A DNA stretch of 64,000 nucleotides from the human T2T-CHM13v2.0 reference genome, Homo sapiens. This document shows positions 38,286 to 58,399 of the stretch, piece by piece (positions within the stretch are counted from its first letter, which is position 1; every line of letters starts with the position of its first letter). The stretch covers positions 18,176,001 to 18,240,000 of the forward strand of contig CP086569.2 in assembly GCA_009914755.4 (NCBI GenBank), read 5' to 3'. The translations under genes and the position numbers were made by a program. Under the pieces are notes generated by a model. The model was not told the origin of the DNA. It ran no database searches and saw nothing but the letters and a program-made list of their open reading frames with translations.

Positions 38286-40651
38286 AAACAGTATGAAAGC
38301 AGACTAACACAATGGGCAAGTCAGTCAGACTGCCTGGAAAACCAACTGTGCCGATGTAAAGCTTTGTAACCTCAGTCAAGGCACTTTCTTTAACTGGACA
38401 TCTCTTTGCCATCTTGCTCTGTCCTCACTGGGTAAATTCAGGCTTATCAAGTCAGCAAATGAGAGATCAGTCCTTGACAGGAGTTTGAAATTCACATTCC
38501 TTTGGGGTCAGAAATAAAAATGTGGTCAGTTGTAGGGGGTGTAGCATATTAATGGGTTTGTTTTTGGCTCAGAATACTTATAGGTTGAACATTTTAAAAA
38601 ATCCACTATGCATAGCAAATAATACGCATTTGTGAACTTATACAGGTCTATTTGTCTTTTTCTTTTGCCCCAGAGCCAGCCTTTCCCTGTATTAGTCTTC
38701 CTATGTCTCAGTTGAAACTACTCTTAAGATGTCAGTGATGGGACACTGAATACCTTGTGCATGAGTTTTGTTTGAGAGGGGGGTTAATCCCGTCCTTAGT
38801 GTCCATGACAAAGGTGAAAGAGTAGTTATTTGGTAAAATCAAGACAGCAGAGGTTGGGCAGTGCATACAGTGACAAATAAATAACATTTTGGTCCATCTG
38901 CCTTCTTGCCACCCTCTGCTCTCCCTTGAGAGTTTCTGGAGCAATATTTGGGAATCTTATCCCTCCCTGTCTTTAAGGATTCTCTCTCTTCCTCCATTGA
39001 ATCCCTGTTTGGGTCCTCGCTCAGTGGAAATGGTCTCTGGCTCATTGCATTCTATCTTACCAACATTTCCATTATCTTTACATAAAAGCAAACATACAAA
39101 ACAGAAAAAGCACTCATTGCTGATAGCAATGATTTAAGAGAGGTGACATTTTAAACTCATTGTGTCAACTACACATATGAAGATATTGAACATGATGAAT
39201 GAAAACTAGATTTCCGTATGAAGGGGCTAAGGATGCTCTCTCTGATGTCTCTCTTGGCATTGGATTTTGCCTACTGATGCCTGCCCACATGACCTGGTCT
39301 CACTTCCATCCCCTGCACCTTTATGTCTGATAGCATTCATGTGAAGTCAGAGTACAATATGCCTAGCACAGCAGGAACAGATGCTGAAACAACTGAATGT
39401 AATCATTTTTGCAAACACATGCATAGCTACGAAGGTCATGGTTGTTCCTACAGGAATTTGCAATTCCTTCTACACTGTGGAGATTAGAATGACAGGAAGG
39501 GGCATTATACTTTCTTTTCCTGGCATGACCACTGTTTTATGGCTGTGCTATGACAGTGTCTCACTTTTATTGCCAAGGAATTGTGCCAGATCCATTGAGC
39601 AGTGGAAGCATACTCAAGCCAGCAACTGTGTGTGGCAACTCTAAGTATCTATTGATGTCCTTTCTGACAGCAGGTTGTCTTAGTGACAACCCACATCTCC
39701 ATGGTATATATGGACTTGCTACCACAAGCTTATAGGTGTATGTTTTTTGCTTTTTGTTCCTGTTGCAGCTATGCTTCTGCTAATATCTTTCTTTAAATTT
39801 CCATTGCCATGAATATTGGCCCTATCAGTACTTATTTAAATGGATTTCTCACTGCACCACATCGTGTAGACATTCCTAATATGATACTGCTCATGATGTT
39901 ATTATATGCTCAATATGTTATTATATTTTCCCCCAAATGCTGATAAAGATAGATTTCCATTTTCATGTTTATGTGACTATATTTGAAAGTGTTTGGAAGG
40001 TGATGGAATTGAATAAAAATTAAATGATTTTAAAATCAGTTAACATTCATTACAAAAGAAACACAACTGTATAAATTCTCATTTTAAGTAGTTTTGCAAA
40101 CAGTAATTGTTCTGCTAATGGATATATTGAAAATTGTTCATCAATTGAACAAAATGATCATTTAATAATGTAACATAATTTGTCACCATTTTTATTTTAA
40201 AAGGCATTTTCCTATGACTCAAGCAGCAGTTTCTATGAGTTCTAAACTATGTTTCTCAGTGATCCAAAAAAGAATTGTTTCTGACATATTCTTCAAAGAG
40301 AATTTTGAATTTGTGGGCACTGAAAAATGAAATTCTGCTCCAGTGCTGACCTAGTTTGGGTTAAAATAATTTATTTCCCTGTAGAGTTGTTTAAAGGCTA
40401 GGAAAAGATAAGGTACTGAGGAAAGGAAGATTGCCTTTAAGAAGTCATTGCAAAATTCATAGAGGCATATAATTATAGAACTTGAACTGAACTTAAAGTC
40501 AGTGTAGTCTCATCCCATAATTTTAAAATAAGAAAAAATAATGACTCGAAAGGATGTTTTGACTTTTTTTTTAAGTGGTTTTTACTATTTTGAGGATCAC
40601 AGAGACTTGGAGCATCTAATTAGAAGTATGAGGCCTTAGAATTACTTGATA

Positions 40652-40772
40652 CCAGGAATTTGAGGCTGCAGTGAGCCAAGATCATCCCATGGCACTCCAG
40701 CCAAGGAGAGAGACTGAATCCTTTTCTCAAAATAATAACAATAATAATAATAATAATAATAAGTCTGTCTCT
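40652..40772 (+). mobile_element. Alu 3'-terminal fragment, sense, with (AAT)n tail
   Basis: The sequence reads 'ccaggaatttgaggctgcagtgagccaagatcatcccatggcactccagccaaggagagagactgaatccttttctcaaaataataacaataataataataataataataag'. Confidence 0.8.
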
Positions 40773-40979
40773 GGAACAATACATAAGCGAATAACTCTCT
40801 ATGGGATTTTTGGGTCTTTCTATAGATTTTTATCACACTAAAGTTTTACTTGAGAACCTTGAGAATCATCAGATATTCCTGACAAATTTCTTTAATTGGT
40901 TTTAAAAGCATGGATTTCAGGATGGAGAACAATGATTTAGGCCTTCATCCCTAGAATTCCATTTAAAACAAAACTTTCT

Positions 40980-41270
40980 GCTGGGTCCTGTGGCCAGAGT
41001 AATCTCAGCACTTTGGGTGGCCAAGGCTTGCAGATGGCTTGACCTCAGAAGTTGAAGACCAGCTTAGGCAACATGAAGATAACCCATCTCCATTAAAAAC
41101 ACAAAAATTAGCTAGGCATGGTGGCACGTGCCTGTGGTCCCAGCTGCTGGGAAGGCTGAGGCAGAAGGATCACCTGAGGCTGGGAGGTCGATGCTGCAGT
41201 GAGCCATGATTGCATCCACTGCAATACAGTCTGGATGACAAAAAGAGAGAAATAAAAGCATAAAACAAAA
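40980..41270 (+). mobile_element. Old Alu (AluJ-like), sense
   Basis: The sequence reads 'gctgggtcctgtggccagagtaatctcagcactttgggtggccaaggcttgcagatggcttgacctcagaagttgaagaccagcttaggcaacatgaagataacccatctccattaaaaacacaaaaattagctaggcatggtggcacgtgcctgtggtcccagctgctgggaaggctgaggcagaaggatcacctgaggctgggaggtcgatgctgcagtgagccatgattgcatccactgcaatacagtctggatgacaaaaagagag'. Confidence 0.85.
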
Positions 41271-41379
41271 CTGCCAGTCTCTGTCTCAAAATATTAACAT
41301 TTGTATCTCAACAGATTGTCCACTTTCAAATGACAGTTTACAATTTATAACTGACATTAGTTACATTGAAATTATCCAT

Positions 41380-41880
41380 AAGTCCTAATTGGTTTCTTCA
41401 TTTCTTATTTCTTCTCTTCTTTTTTCTCCTCCTCCTCCCCCCTTCTCCTCCTCCTTCTCTTCTTCTTCTTCTCCTCCTCCTTCTTCTCCTTCTTCTCCAT
41501 CTCCTTCTTCTTCTCCTCCTCCTCCTTCTCCTTCTTCTCCTTCTCCTTCTTCTTCCTCTTCTTCTCCTCCTCCTCCTCTTCTTCTTCCTTTTCCTGCTCC
41601 TTCTGCCCCTCCTCCTCCTCCTGCTGCTGCTGCAGCTCCTCCTCCTCCTTCTTCTTCTTTCTTCATCTTCATCTCCTCCTCCTCTTTCTACTCCTCCTCC
41701 TCTCCTCTTTCTTCTTTCTTCTTTCTCCTACTTCTCTGCTGCCTCCTTGTTCTTCTTCTTTTTCTTCTTTTTCTTCTTCTTCTCCTTCTTCTTCCTCCTC
41801 CTCCTTCTTCTCTTTTTCTTTCTTCCTCTTTTTCTTTTTCTTCATTTTTTTCATACTCATGTTTCCATTATGGATACTTG
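41380..41880. repeat. ~0.5 kb polypyrimidine (CT-rich) low-complexity tract of (CTT)n/(CCT)n/(TCTCC)n, which is GA-rich on the minus strand
   Basis: Direct reading shows 'ttcttatttcttctcttcttttttctcctcctcctccccccttctcctcctccttctcttcttcttcttctcctcctcc...'. It yields the artefactual 170-179 aa poly-L/S/P ORFs and the 95 aa poly-E/G ORF. Confidence 0.95.
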
Positions 41881-44436
41881 TCAACAAGAATGGAAAAATA
41901 AATGAATCTTATTTTATCCACAAGATGATCACCATCTCCTGAAGAACAGGTAGTATAAATATTTCAGTGTATAAGAATCTTTCCTGTTCCAAGCTGCTTT
42001 GTGTATAGTCTCCACCTTTCAGATCTGAATCCTATTAGAAGGAACATCAATATGCTTAAGGATATTCTCATGATCTTCAAGAAGGTGAAAATAAAAGTAT
42101 TTTTAATTGATGCTTAAATTTCATAATTTTGGGGGAGGAGCCAAGGCGGCTGAATAGGAACAGCTCCAGTCTACAGCTCCCAGTGTGAGCAATGCCAAAG
42201 ACAGGTGATTTCTGCATTTCCAACTGAGGTACTGGGTTTATCTCACTGGGGAGTGCCAGACACTAGGTTCAGGACAGTGGGTGCAGTGCACTGTGTGTGA
42301 GCTGAAGCAGGGCAAGACATTGCATCACCTGGGAAGTGCAAGGGGTCAGGGAATTCTCTTTCCTAATCAAAGAAAGGGGTGACAGATGGCACCTGGAAAA
42401 TCAGGTCATTCCCACCCTAAAACTGTGCTTTTCCAACAGGCTTAAAAAATGGCACACCAGGAGATTATATCCTGCACCTGGATTGGAGGGTCCTATGCCC
42501 ACGGAGTCTTGCTCACTGCTAGCACAGCAGTGTGAGATCAAACTGCAAGGCGGCAGTGAGGCTGGGGGAGGGGCGCCTGCCAAGGCCGAGTTAGTTGTTT
42601 GATTAGTTAAACAAAGTGGCCCGGAAGCTCAAACTGGGTGGAGCCCACAACAGCTCAAGGAGGCCTGCCTGCCTCTGTAGGATCCACCTCTGGGGGCAGG
42701 GCACAGACAAACAAAAAGACAGCAGTAACCTCTGCATATTTACATGTCCCCCTCTGACAACTTTGAAGAGAGTAATGGTTCTCCCAGCACACAACTTGAG
42801 ATCTGAGAACATTCAGACTGCCTCCTCAAGTGGGTCCCTCACCCCTGAGTAGCCTAACTGGGAGGCACCACCCAGTAGGGCTGGACTGACACCTCACATG
42901 GCTGGGTACTCCTCTGAGACAAAATTTCCAGAGGAACAATCAGCAGCAGCATTTGCAGTTCACCAAAATACGCTGTTCTGCAGCCACCGCTGCTGATACC
43001 CAGGCAAACAGGGTCTGGAGTGGACCTCTAGCAAACTCCAACAGACTTGAACCTGAGTGTCCTGTCTGTTAGAAGGAAAACAAACAGAAAGGACATCCAC
43101 ACCAAAACCCCATCTGTACGTCACTATCACCAAAGACCAAAGGTAGATAAAACCACAAAGATGGGGAAAAAAACAGAGCAGAAAAACTGGAAACTCTAAA
43201 AATCAGAGCACCTCTCCCCTCCAAAGGACCACAGCTCCTTATCAACAATGGAATAAAGCTGAACGGAGAATAACTTTGATGAGATGAGAGAAGAAGGCTT
43301 CAGACAATCCAACTACTCTGAGCTACAGGAGGAAATTCGAACCAATGGCAAAGAAGTTAAAAGCTTTGAAAAAAAAATTAGACGAATGGATAACTAGAAT
43401 AATCAATGCACAGAAGTCCTTAAAGGACCTGACGGAGCTGAAAACTGAGGCACAAGAGCTGCATGATGAATGCAGAAGCCTCAGTAGCCAATGTGATCAA
43501 CTGGAAGAAACGGTATCAGTGATGGAAGATGAAATGAATGAAATGAAGTGAGAAGAGAAGTTTAGAGAAAAAAGAATAAAAGAAACAAACAAAGCCTCCA
43601 AGAAATATGGGACTATGTGAAAAGACCAAATCTATGTCTGATTGGTGTAACTGAAAGTGACGGGGAGAAGGGAAACAAGTTGGAAAACACTCTGCAGGGT
43701 ATTATCTAGGAGAACTTCCCTAATCTAGCAATACAGGCCAACATTCAATCTCAGGAAATACAGAGAACACCACAAAGATAGTCCTTGAGAAGAGGAGCTC
43801 CAAGACACATAATTGTCAGATTCACCAAAGTTGAAATGAAGGAAAAAATGTTAAGGGCAGACAGAGAGAAAGGTCGGGTTACCCTCAAAGGGAAGCCCAT
43901 CAGACTAATAGTGGATCTCTCAGCAGAAACCCTACAAGCCAGAAGAGAGTGGGGGCCAATATTCAACATTCTTAAAGAAAAGAATTTTCAAACCAGAATT
44001 TCATATCCAGCCAAACTAAGCTTCATAAGCAAAGGAGAAATAAAATACTTTACAGACAAGCAAATGCTGAGAGATTTTGTCACCACCAGGCCTGCCCTAA
44101 AAGAGCTCCTGAAGGAAGCACTAAACATAGAAAGGAACAACCAGTAACAGCCACTGCAAAAACATGCCAAATTGTAAATACCATCAAGGCTAGGAAGAAA
44201 CTGCCTTAACTATGGAGCAAAATAACCAGCCAACATCATAATGACAGGATCAAATTCACACATAACAATATTAACTTTAAATGTAAATGGGTGATATGCT
44301 CCAATTAAAAGACATAGACTGGCAAATTGGAGAAACAGTCAAGACCCATCAGTGTGCTGTATTCAGGAAACCCATCTCATGTACAGAGACACACATAGGC
44401 TCAAAATAAAGGAATGGAGGAAGATCTACCAAGTAA

Positions 44437-44964
44437 ATGGAAAATAAAAAAAAGGCAGGGGTTGCAATCCTAGTCTGTGATAAAACGGACTTTAAACAAA
44501 CAAAGATCAAAAGAGACAAAGAAGGCCATTACATAATGGTAAAGGGATCAATTCAACAAGAAGAGCTAACTATCCTAAATATATATGCACCCAATACAGG
44601 AGCACCCAGATTCATAAAGCAAGTCTTTAATGACCTACAAAGAGACTTAGACTCCCACACAATAATAATGGGAGAGTTTAACACTGCACTGTCAACATTA
44701 GACAGATCAATGAGACAGAAAGTTAAGAAGGATACCCAGGAATTGAACTCAGTTCTGCACCAAGTGGACCTAATAGACATCTACAGAACTCTCCACCCCA
44801 AATCAACAGAATATACATTTTTTTCAGCACCACACCACACCTACTGGAAAATTGACCACATAGTTGGAAGTAAAGCACTCCTCAGCAAACATAAAACAAC
44901 AGAAATGATAAGAAACTGCCTCTCAGACCACAGTGCAATCAAACTAGAACTCAGGATTAAGTAA
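44437..44964 (+). pseudogene. L1 ORF2 endonuclease-domain reading frame, an open 175 aa block inside the decayed L1PA
   Basis: The translation 'AGVAILVCDKTDFKQTKIKRDKEGHYIMVKGSIQQEELTILNIYAPNTGAPRFIKQVFNDLQRDLDSHTIIMGEFNTALSTLDRS...SDHSAIKLELRIK' is the L1 APE-like EN domain. Confidence 0.9.
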
Positions 44965-45297
<333 letters not shown>

Positions 45298-45527
45298 TAA
45301 AAAACCCTTCAAAAAATTAATAAATCCAGGAGCTGGGTTTTTGAAAGGATCAACAAAATTGATAGACCACTAGCAAGACTAATAAAGAAGAAAAGAGAGA
45401 AGAATCAAATAGATGCAATAAAAAAGATAACGGGGATATCACCACCAATCCCACAGAAATACAAAATACCATCAAAGAATACTATAGAATACACTTCTAC
45501 GCCAATAAACTAGAAAATGAAGAAGAA

Positions 45528-46932
<1,405 letters not shown>

Positions 46933-46935
46933 TGA

Positions 46936-47055
<120 letters not shown>

Positions 47056-47271
47056 TAGCTAGCCATAAGTGGAAAGCTGAAACTGGATCCCTTCCTTACA
47101 CATTATACAAAAATTAATTCAAGATGGATTAAAGACTTAAATGTTAGACTTAAAACCATAAAAACCCTGGAAGAAAACCTAGGCAATACCATTCAGGACA
47201 TAGGCATGGGCAAGGACTTCATGTCTAAAACACCAAAAGGAATGACAACAGAAGCCAAAATTGACAAATGA

Positions 47272-47655
<384 letters not shown>

Positions 47656-49560
47656 TGATTCCTCAGGGATGGAGAACTAGAAATATCATTTGATCCAGCC
47701 ATCCAATTACTGGGTATGTACCCAAAGGATTATAAAACATGCTGCTATAAAGACACATGCACACATATGTTTATTGAAGCACTATTCACAATAGCAAAGA
47801 CTTGGAACCAACCTAATGTCCAACAACGATAAACTGGATTAAGAAAATGTGGCACATATACACCATGGAATACTATGCAGCCATAAAAAATGATGGGTTC
47901 ATGTCCTTTGTAGGAACATGATGAAACTGGAAACCATCATTCTCAGTAAACTATCACAAGGACAAAAAACCAAACACCACATGTTCTCACTCATAGGTGG
48001 GAATTGAACAATGAGAACACATGGACACAGGAAGGGGAACATCACACACCGGGTCGTGTTGTGGGGTTGGGGGAGGGGAGAGGGATAGCATTAGGAGATA
48101 TACCTAATGTTAAATGATGAGGTAATGGGTGCAGCACACCAAAATGGCACATGTATACATATGTAACAAACCTTCACGTTGTGCACATGTACCCTGAAAC
48201 TTAAAGTATAATAATAATAAAATTTAAAAAAAAATTTTCAACATTTTAAAATACATGGCTAATTGTGGACAAAATTCACTGTCCACCCCTACTGCCACTT
48301 CCCACCCAAAGCAAAGGAAATTCACAACCCAAGATTCAAAATCCCCATAATAATATCCACACATTGACTAATACTATATGAAAGAGAATATGAAATGTTA
48401 ACAGAAAGATACACTGACAAGTTTCAATGACTTTTGTTGCTTTTAGATGCTATTTATTTATAGATGTTTATATCCTAGAAAAATCAAATATAAGTGTCAA
48501 CGAGCAAAACAAAGTGAGTTATCCCCAATTTTGGAAAAAAATTACATTCTTAGAATATATGGCAATACATAATGAAATATCACATAATATACAAAAACTC
48601 TATTGAGGTAAACATTATATTACTATCAATAATTTTTCTTTGCAAAGTTAAAAAAATCCAACATGGTCTTCATTTCTATGTAATCTGCTTTCAAATTTTT
48701 GATGAACAAGTAATATATGTTGTATGGTGGTTTTAAACTTTAATTTTGGGAGCTGAATAAAGCAGTTTCATGGAATTTGTACAAACCACCTGGCAGAAAA
48801 TAATTATGACCAATTAAGATGAACCCGTAATGCTTTACTTTTTTGGCATTTGCACCAGTAAAAGGAGACCTGCCAAGAAATGAGGGTATTTATTCTATAG
48901 AAGGGTTTCAGATTCATGATTATTCAGATTCCATGGTTATGTTGACCAAGAATTACAATTGTATTAGGCATTATGAAATGACTGAAGTCATTGTACAAGG
49001 AAAATATATTGTGTACACACTAAGATTTCCCACAAGATGAGGCATTTATTGTTCTGTTATCTGTATCAATAAGGAATACCTGGTGGTGAAATTGGAGACA
49101 AGTGCTTTAAAAAAGGCATTTCTACCATTTTTTGGAGGAAGACAATCGTAAAGCAAAATTTGCATGACTGTTTCAAATCCCAGCTATATATTACCTCTGA
49201 AGGGGGGGCCCTACATGACCTAAGCTTGATTTCCTTGAGTAGAATTACTTTCAAATATGTTGAGTCAGAAACTACTTAGGGAAATGCAAATTATTCCATA
49301 AACAGTCTAGCAAGATCTATGAGATCACCGCCAAAGGATGGCTGGTAGGAGAAAACAAGACAAGGATGTAAGAGGAATTTGACTCTCTGACATTGTTAGT
49401 TCCAATGCATGAGTAATAAATAGAAACAAAACCATTGGGTTCTTCTTAAGTCCAACTTTTAATAGGTTAAGTTTAATAAGATCATGACTCCTTGAATGGA
49501 GTTCTCTTTATCTTGGCATATCAGAAAATAATTTGGATATCTACAAAAACATTTAGGTAG

Positions 49561-49872
<312 letters not shown>

Positions 49873-49925
49873 TCACCAAAAAACATAAATGAGTACTGAT
49901 TTTTTAAAGAAATATTTAACTCAGG

Positions 49926-50240
49926 GCCTGGTGTGGTGGCTCATGCCTGTAATCCCAGCACTTTGGGAGGCTAAGGCTGGTGAATCACCTGTAGTCAGGC
50001 ATTTGAGACCAGCCTGGCCAGTATGGTGAAATCCCATCTCTACTAAAAAAATTCAAAAATTAGCCAGGTGCTGTGGTGCATGCCTGTAGTCCCAGCTACT
50101 TGGGAGGTTAAGGGAAGAAAGCCTTCTGAATCAGAGGAGTGGAGGTTGCAATGAGCCAATATTGTGCCACTGCACTCCAGCCTGGGTGACAGCAAGGCTC
50201 TGTCTCAAACAAACAAACAAACAAAAAAAAAAATCTATGC
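49926..50240 (+). mobile_element. Alu SINE (AluS-like), sense, with (CAAA)n/poly-A tail
   Basis: The sequence reads 'gggcctggtgtggtggctcatgcctgtaatcccagcactttgggaggctaaggctggtgaatcacctgtagtcaggcatttgagaccagcctggccagtatggtgaaatcccatctctactaaaaaaattcaaaaattagccaggtgctgtggtgcatgcctgtagtcccagctacttgggagg...ctgcactccagcctgggtgacagcaaggctctgtctcaaacaaacaaacaaacaaaaaaaaaaa'. Confidence 0.9.
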
Positions 50241-51786
50241 ACACACATCTCACAGTTTATTACTCTCAAAATAAAATTATTTTCCTTTTATGTCCTAACA
50301 TTCATTTAAGATAATTTTAGGCTTTTTTTCTCACTCCATTCTAATGTATTTTATTTAGCTATGATTCCCACCATAAGAGGTGGTAAAGTTGTCAATCAAA
50401 AGTGTTTTGTATCTTATAATTTTTGGTAAGCTTTTTGTGAGATTGCTTGGAAAACATACGATTCTTAATAATATTATGTTGCAGAAATAAATACTTTATA
50501 TTCTTCTATGCAAATGACTCTGAGTTGGACCTCAGGGGCATTGCACATGAACATTCATAAACAAGCCTTCTGAGTAATGCATCAAACATGCAGCCAGAAT
50601 GTGAGCTATTTCAGGCTATGCATGACACTAGGGCTCCAGATTGGCCTAACTATGACTACTTGATATTTTCCCTGTGCATATCCACCACATCACACATTCT
50701 TCAATAAATCATCAGAATACATGAAACTTGCATGCAAAGTTTTGAAATCTATCTCAGTATTTGCATGTCTCAGATAATGTCTCCCTTAAGCTATAAATTA
50801 CTTCAAGCTTAAATTACAACAATTAAGAAAAAGTTTTAAAATCTTATTTTTATAATCAGTAACACGCATTTTCTTTTCAATATTGATTAATGTTCTGAAG
50901 TAGAATGCACTTAAGAGACATCCAATATTATGTTATGACAGATTCTTATGACAACCTGAGGCACCATATTTTAAAAAGATTTTGTTGTGTTTTCTGATTT
51001 ACATCTTCAGCTGTTCAGAACTCTAATGAATCAATTTGAGTAGATGTAAAACTAGGGAATTATGGCTCTTCCACAGATAATTATGGCTAAAATATAGTAA
51101 CACAAGTTTGTTAATTTTATATAAATAAATGAAATTTTAAATGACATATCCTGTTGTTTTTAACAGCTGTGATGACCAAATTCTAATTACTTTCCCACAT
51201 GATCACAAAGAGCTCAGGTAGTTTTAACCATAAGAATTTAATTTTTTTCTTGTGTGCATTTCCACTATATTGTGCATTCTTTAATAAATTATCAGAATAC
51301 ACGAACCTTGCACACAAAGTTTTGAAATAGCCATGTTTTCTTGCAGCACATTGTTGTAAAGCAGTGCCCCTCTAGGGTTATCTATTTTTTGTGTTCACAG
51401 CTTTAAATTAAAGATGATGTTCACTGTTTGCCAATGCTTGGAAATAAGGAAGGAAGTGCTACTCAACACCCATTATGTCTAGACAAGTTTCTGCAACATT
51501 GCTTGTAGTAGATAATCAAGGCTGTCTACTGAACAAACATTTTTTTGCTTTTTGATTTTTGAAGACTGATATTGTTTAATCAAATACCCTGGCAAACACA
51601 GGTTATTCTTAGCTGAGGGCAAAGGATAATGAGTCTTGGCCAAATAAGATAATCTCATTTCCCTTTCTTAAGTGGCCACTTTAAGAAAAAACATGAATGT
51701 TATTTATGATTAAAAATGTATAATGAAGTCTGAAGGAAGCAGTCTCTGCAAAGAATTTTGCTGCCATTTGAATTGAAAAAATCCAA

Positions 51787-54597
<2,811 letters not shown>

Positions 54598-54659
54598 GAA
54601 AAAATCATATATATGGTTGTTGTGATTACCCTACAAAAGTAAGATTGACTGCCACACTG

Positions 54660-54728
54660 AATTTGGTTTGGTTGTTGAAGCTGATAATTTTACACACACG
54701 CACACACACGTACACACACATACACACA
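54660..54728. repeat. Imperfect (CA)n-like microsatellite
   Basis: Direct reading shows 'cacacacgcacacacacgtacacacacatacacacacc'. Confidence 0.85.
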
Positions 54729-54995
54729 CCAAGGAGATATGAAAAATTTGTTGCTTGAACAATGAGGCTTTCTGGTAAGGGAAAAACATCTCAAGGATAT
54801 GAAAATAGGTGACACTTCAAGGAAAGACTGACTTGGGGCTTTTAATGTGATAAGGGGCTGGAGTTGGTATGCTTCTGGCTACCACCCAAGGAGGGAAGAC
54901 CCAAGCTTGTGTACCTGATTACCCTGATGTGAGGCAGAAGAGAAAAGGGAGTGGCTGAAGCTCAGATGCTATCTGCAGTCAAATATCAGAAAAAG

Positions 54996-55287
54996 GGAGT
55001 GCAGGCTAGATGTGGTGGCTCACACCTATAATCCCAGAACTTTGGGGGGCCAAGGCAGGAGGATTGCTTAAGACCATGACTTTGAGACCAGCCTGGGCAA
55101 TTTAGCAAGAGCTCTCTCTCTCTACAAATACTAAAAATAATTTAAAAATATATATTACTTGGGCACGGTGGTGCATGCCTGCAGTCCCAGCTACTCCAAA
55201 GGCTGCAGGAGAAGAATATTTTGAGCCCTGGAGGTCAAGGCTGCAAGAATCTATGATCACAGCACTTTTCTGAATCCTGGACAAGTG
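54996..55287 (+). mobile_element. Old Alu (AluJ-like), sense, whose A-tail merges into the purine-rich tract
   Basis: The sequence reads 'ggctagatgtggtggctcacacctataatcccagaactttggggggccaaggcaggaggattgcttaagaccatgactttgagaccagcctgggcaatttagcaagag...cttgggcacggtggtgcatgcctgcagtcccagctactccaaaggctgcaggagaagaatattttgagccctggaggtcaaggctgcaag'. Confidence 0.85.
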
Positions 55288-57270
<1,983 letters not shown>

Positions 57271-58058
57271 GTGGATTCCAACCCTTTATTGCAGCCATGT
57301 ACACAGATGCATGAAACCGTGCTAACTGGATGTTCAGAAGCCATCAGGTGAACTGAACACCATATAGGTAGAACACATAGCCACCACAGACAAAGGAAAA
57401 AACATTCTGAAAGGAGCTGAGAAGTGAGATGAAGAACCCAAGATAATATCCCTGAAGGTTTCACCAAATCAGAAACCGTCTCCCTCTGTTGGTGTATTAC
57501 ATGAGATAAATAAAAATTGCCTTTATTACTGAAGTTAGTCATTGAGTAATCTCTACTTGCATCAAATGACATCCTAGGTTTTTCACTATCATTTTTTCAC
57601 CTTGTCTTTTTTTCAAGCTTTCTTGATTTCAACATAAAGAGTGACCCATAGTGATGGACCCATAGCGATGTCAGCTTAGTTCATCTCTCCTTGCATTTCC
57701 CTGCTTGAAGGATGGCCCCTTGTAACAAGAATTGCAATTAAAATGTTTTGCTTGTGCAAACCGTTTTCTGCAATTTATTTTTATTTTTATTTATTTTGCT
57801 CTTTCAAGCTCAGAAGAGTGTGCCTGACATCCTCCAGGTAATATTTCACTTCCCAATGCCTATTTAACAACACAGTGAGTTATAAAAAGCAGACAAATTG
57901 AGAAAAAAAGAGAGAATTATGCAAGTAAGAGAAAGATATCAACCCATCTGGAGGTAAGATAACCTTGTTTTGGTTTTGTGTGTTGAAGAGTCAAAGTTAA
58001 CGAGTAGATGTTTTCGGGACCCACACACACTGGATATTTACATCAAGTACATCACAAG

Positions 58059-58399
58059 TTTTTTTTGTTTGTTTTATTTTGTTTTTTTTGTTGTTGTTGT
58101 TGTTGTTTTTTTCAGACGGAGTCTCCCTCTGTTGCCCAGGCTGGAGTGCAGGGGCGCGATCTTGGCTCATTGCCAACTCCGCCTCCCAGGTTCACGCCGT
58201 TCTCCTGTCTCAGCCTCCCAGGCAGTGAGTAGTAGGTACTACAGGTGCCCGCCACCATGCCCGGCTAATTTTTTGTATTTTTAGTAGAGACGGGGTTTCA
58301 CCGTGTTATCCAGGATGGTCTCAATATCCTGACCTGTGATCCGCCCGCCTCAGCCTCCCAAAGTGCTGGGATTACAGGCGTGAGCCACCGCGCCCGGTC
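58059..58399 (-). mobile_element. Young Alu (AluY-like, CpG-rich), antisense, with (TTG)n/poly-T leader
   Basis: The sequence reads 'ttttttttgttgttgttgttgttgtttttttcagacggagtctccctctgttgcccaggctggagtgcaggggcgcgatcttggctcattgccaactccgcctcccaggttcacgccgttctcctgtctcagcctcccaggcag...gtgcccgccaccatgcccggctaattttttgtatttttagtagagacggggtttcaccgtgttatccaggatggtctcaatatcctgacctgtgatccgcccgcctcagcctcccaaagtgctgggattacaggcgtgagccaccgcgcccgg'. A possible short target-site duplication 'cacaag' lies on both flanks. Confidence 0.9.

Noticed and set aside
41366-41905. 179 aa and 170 aa plus-strand ORFs (poly-L, poly-S/P) and 95 aa and 72 aa minus-strand poly-E/G/K ORFs
   Set aside because: These are translations of the CT-rich microsatellite tract and are compositional artefacts.
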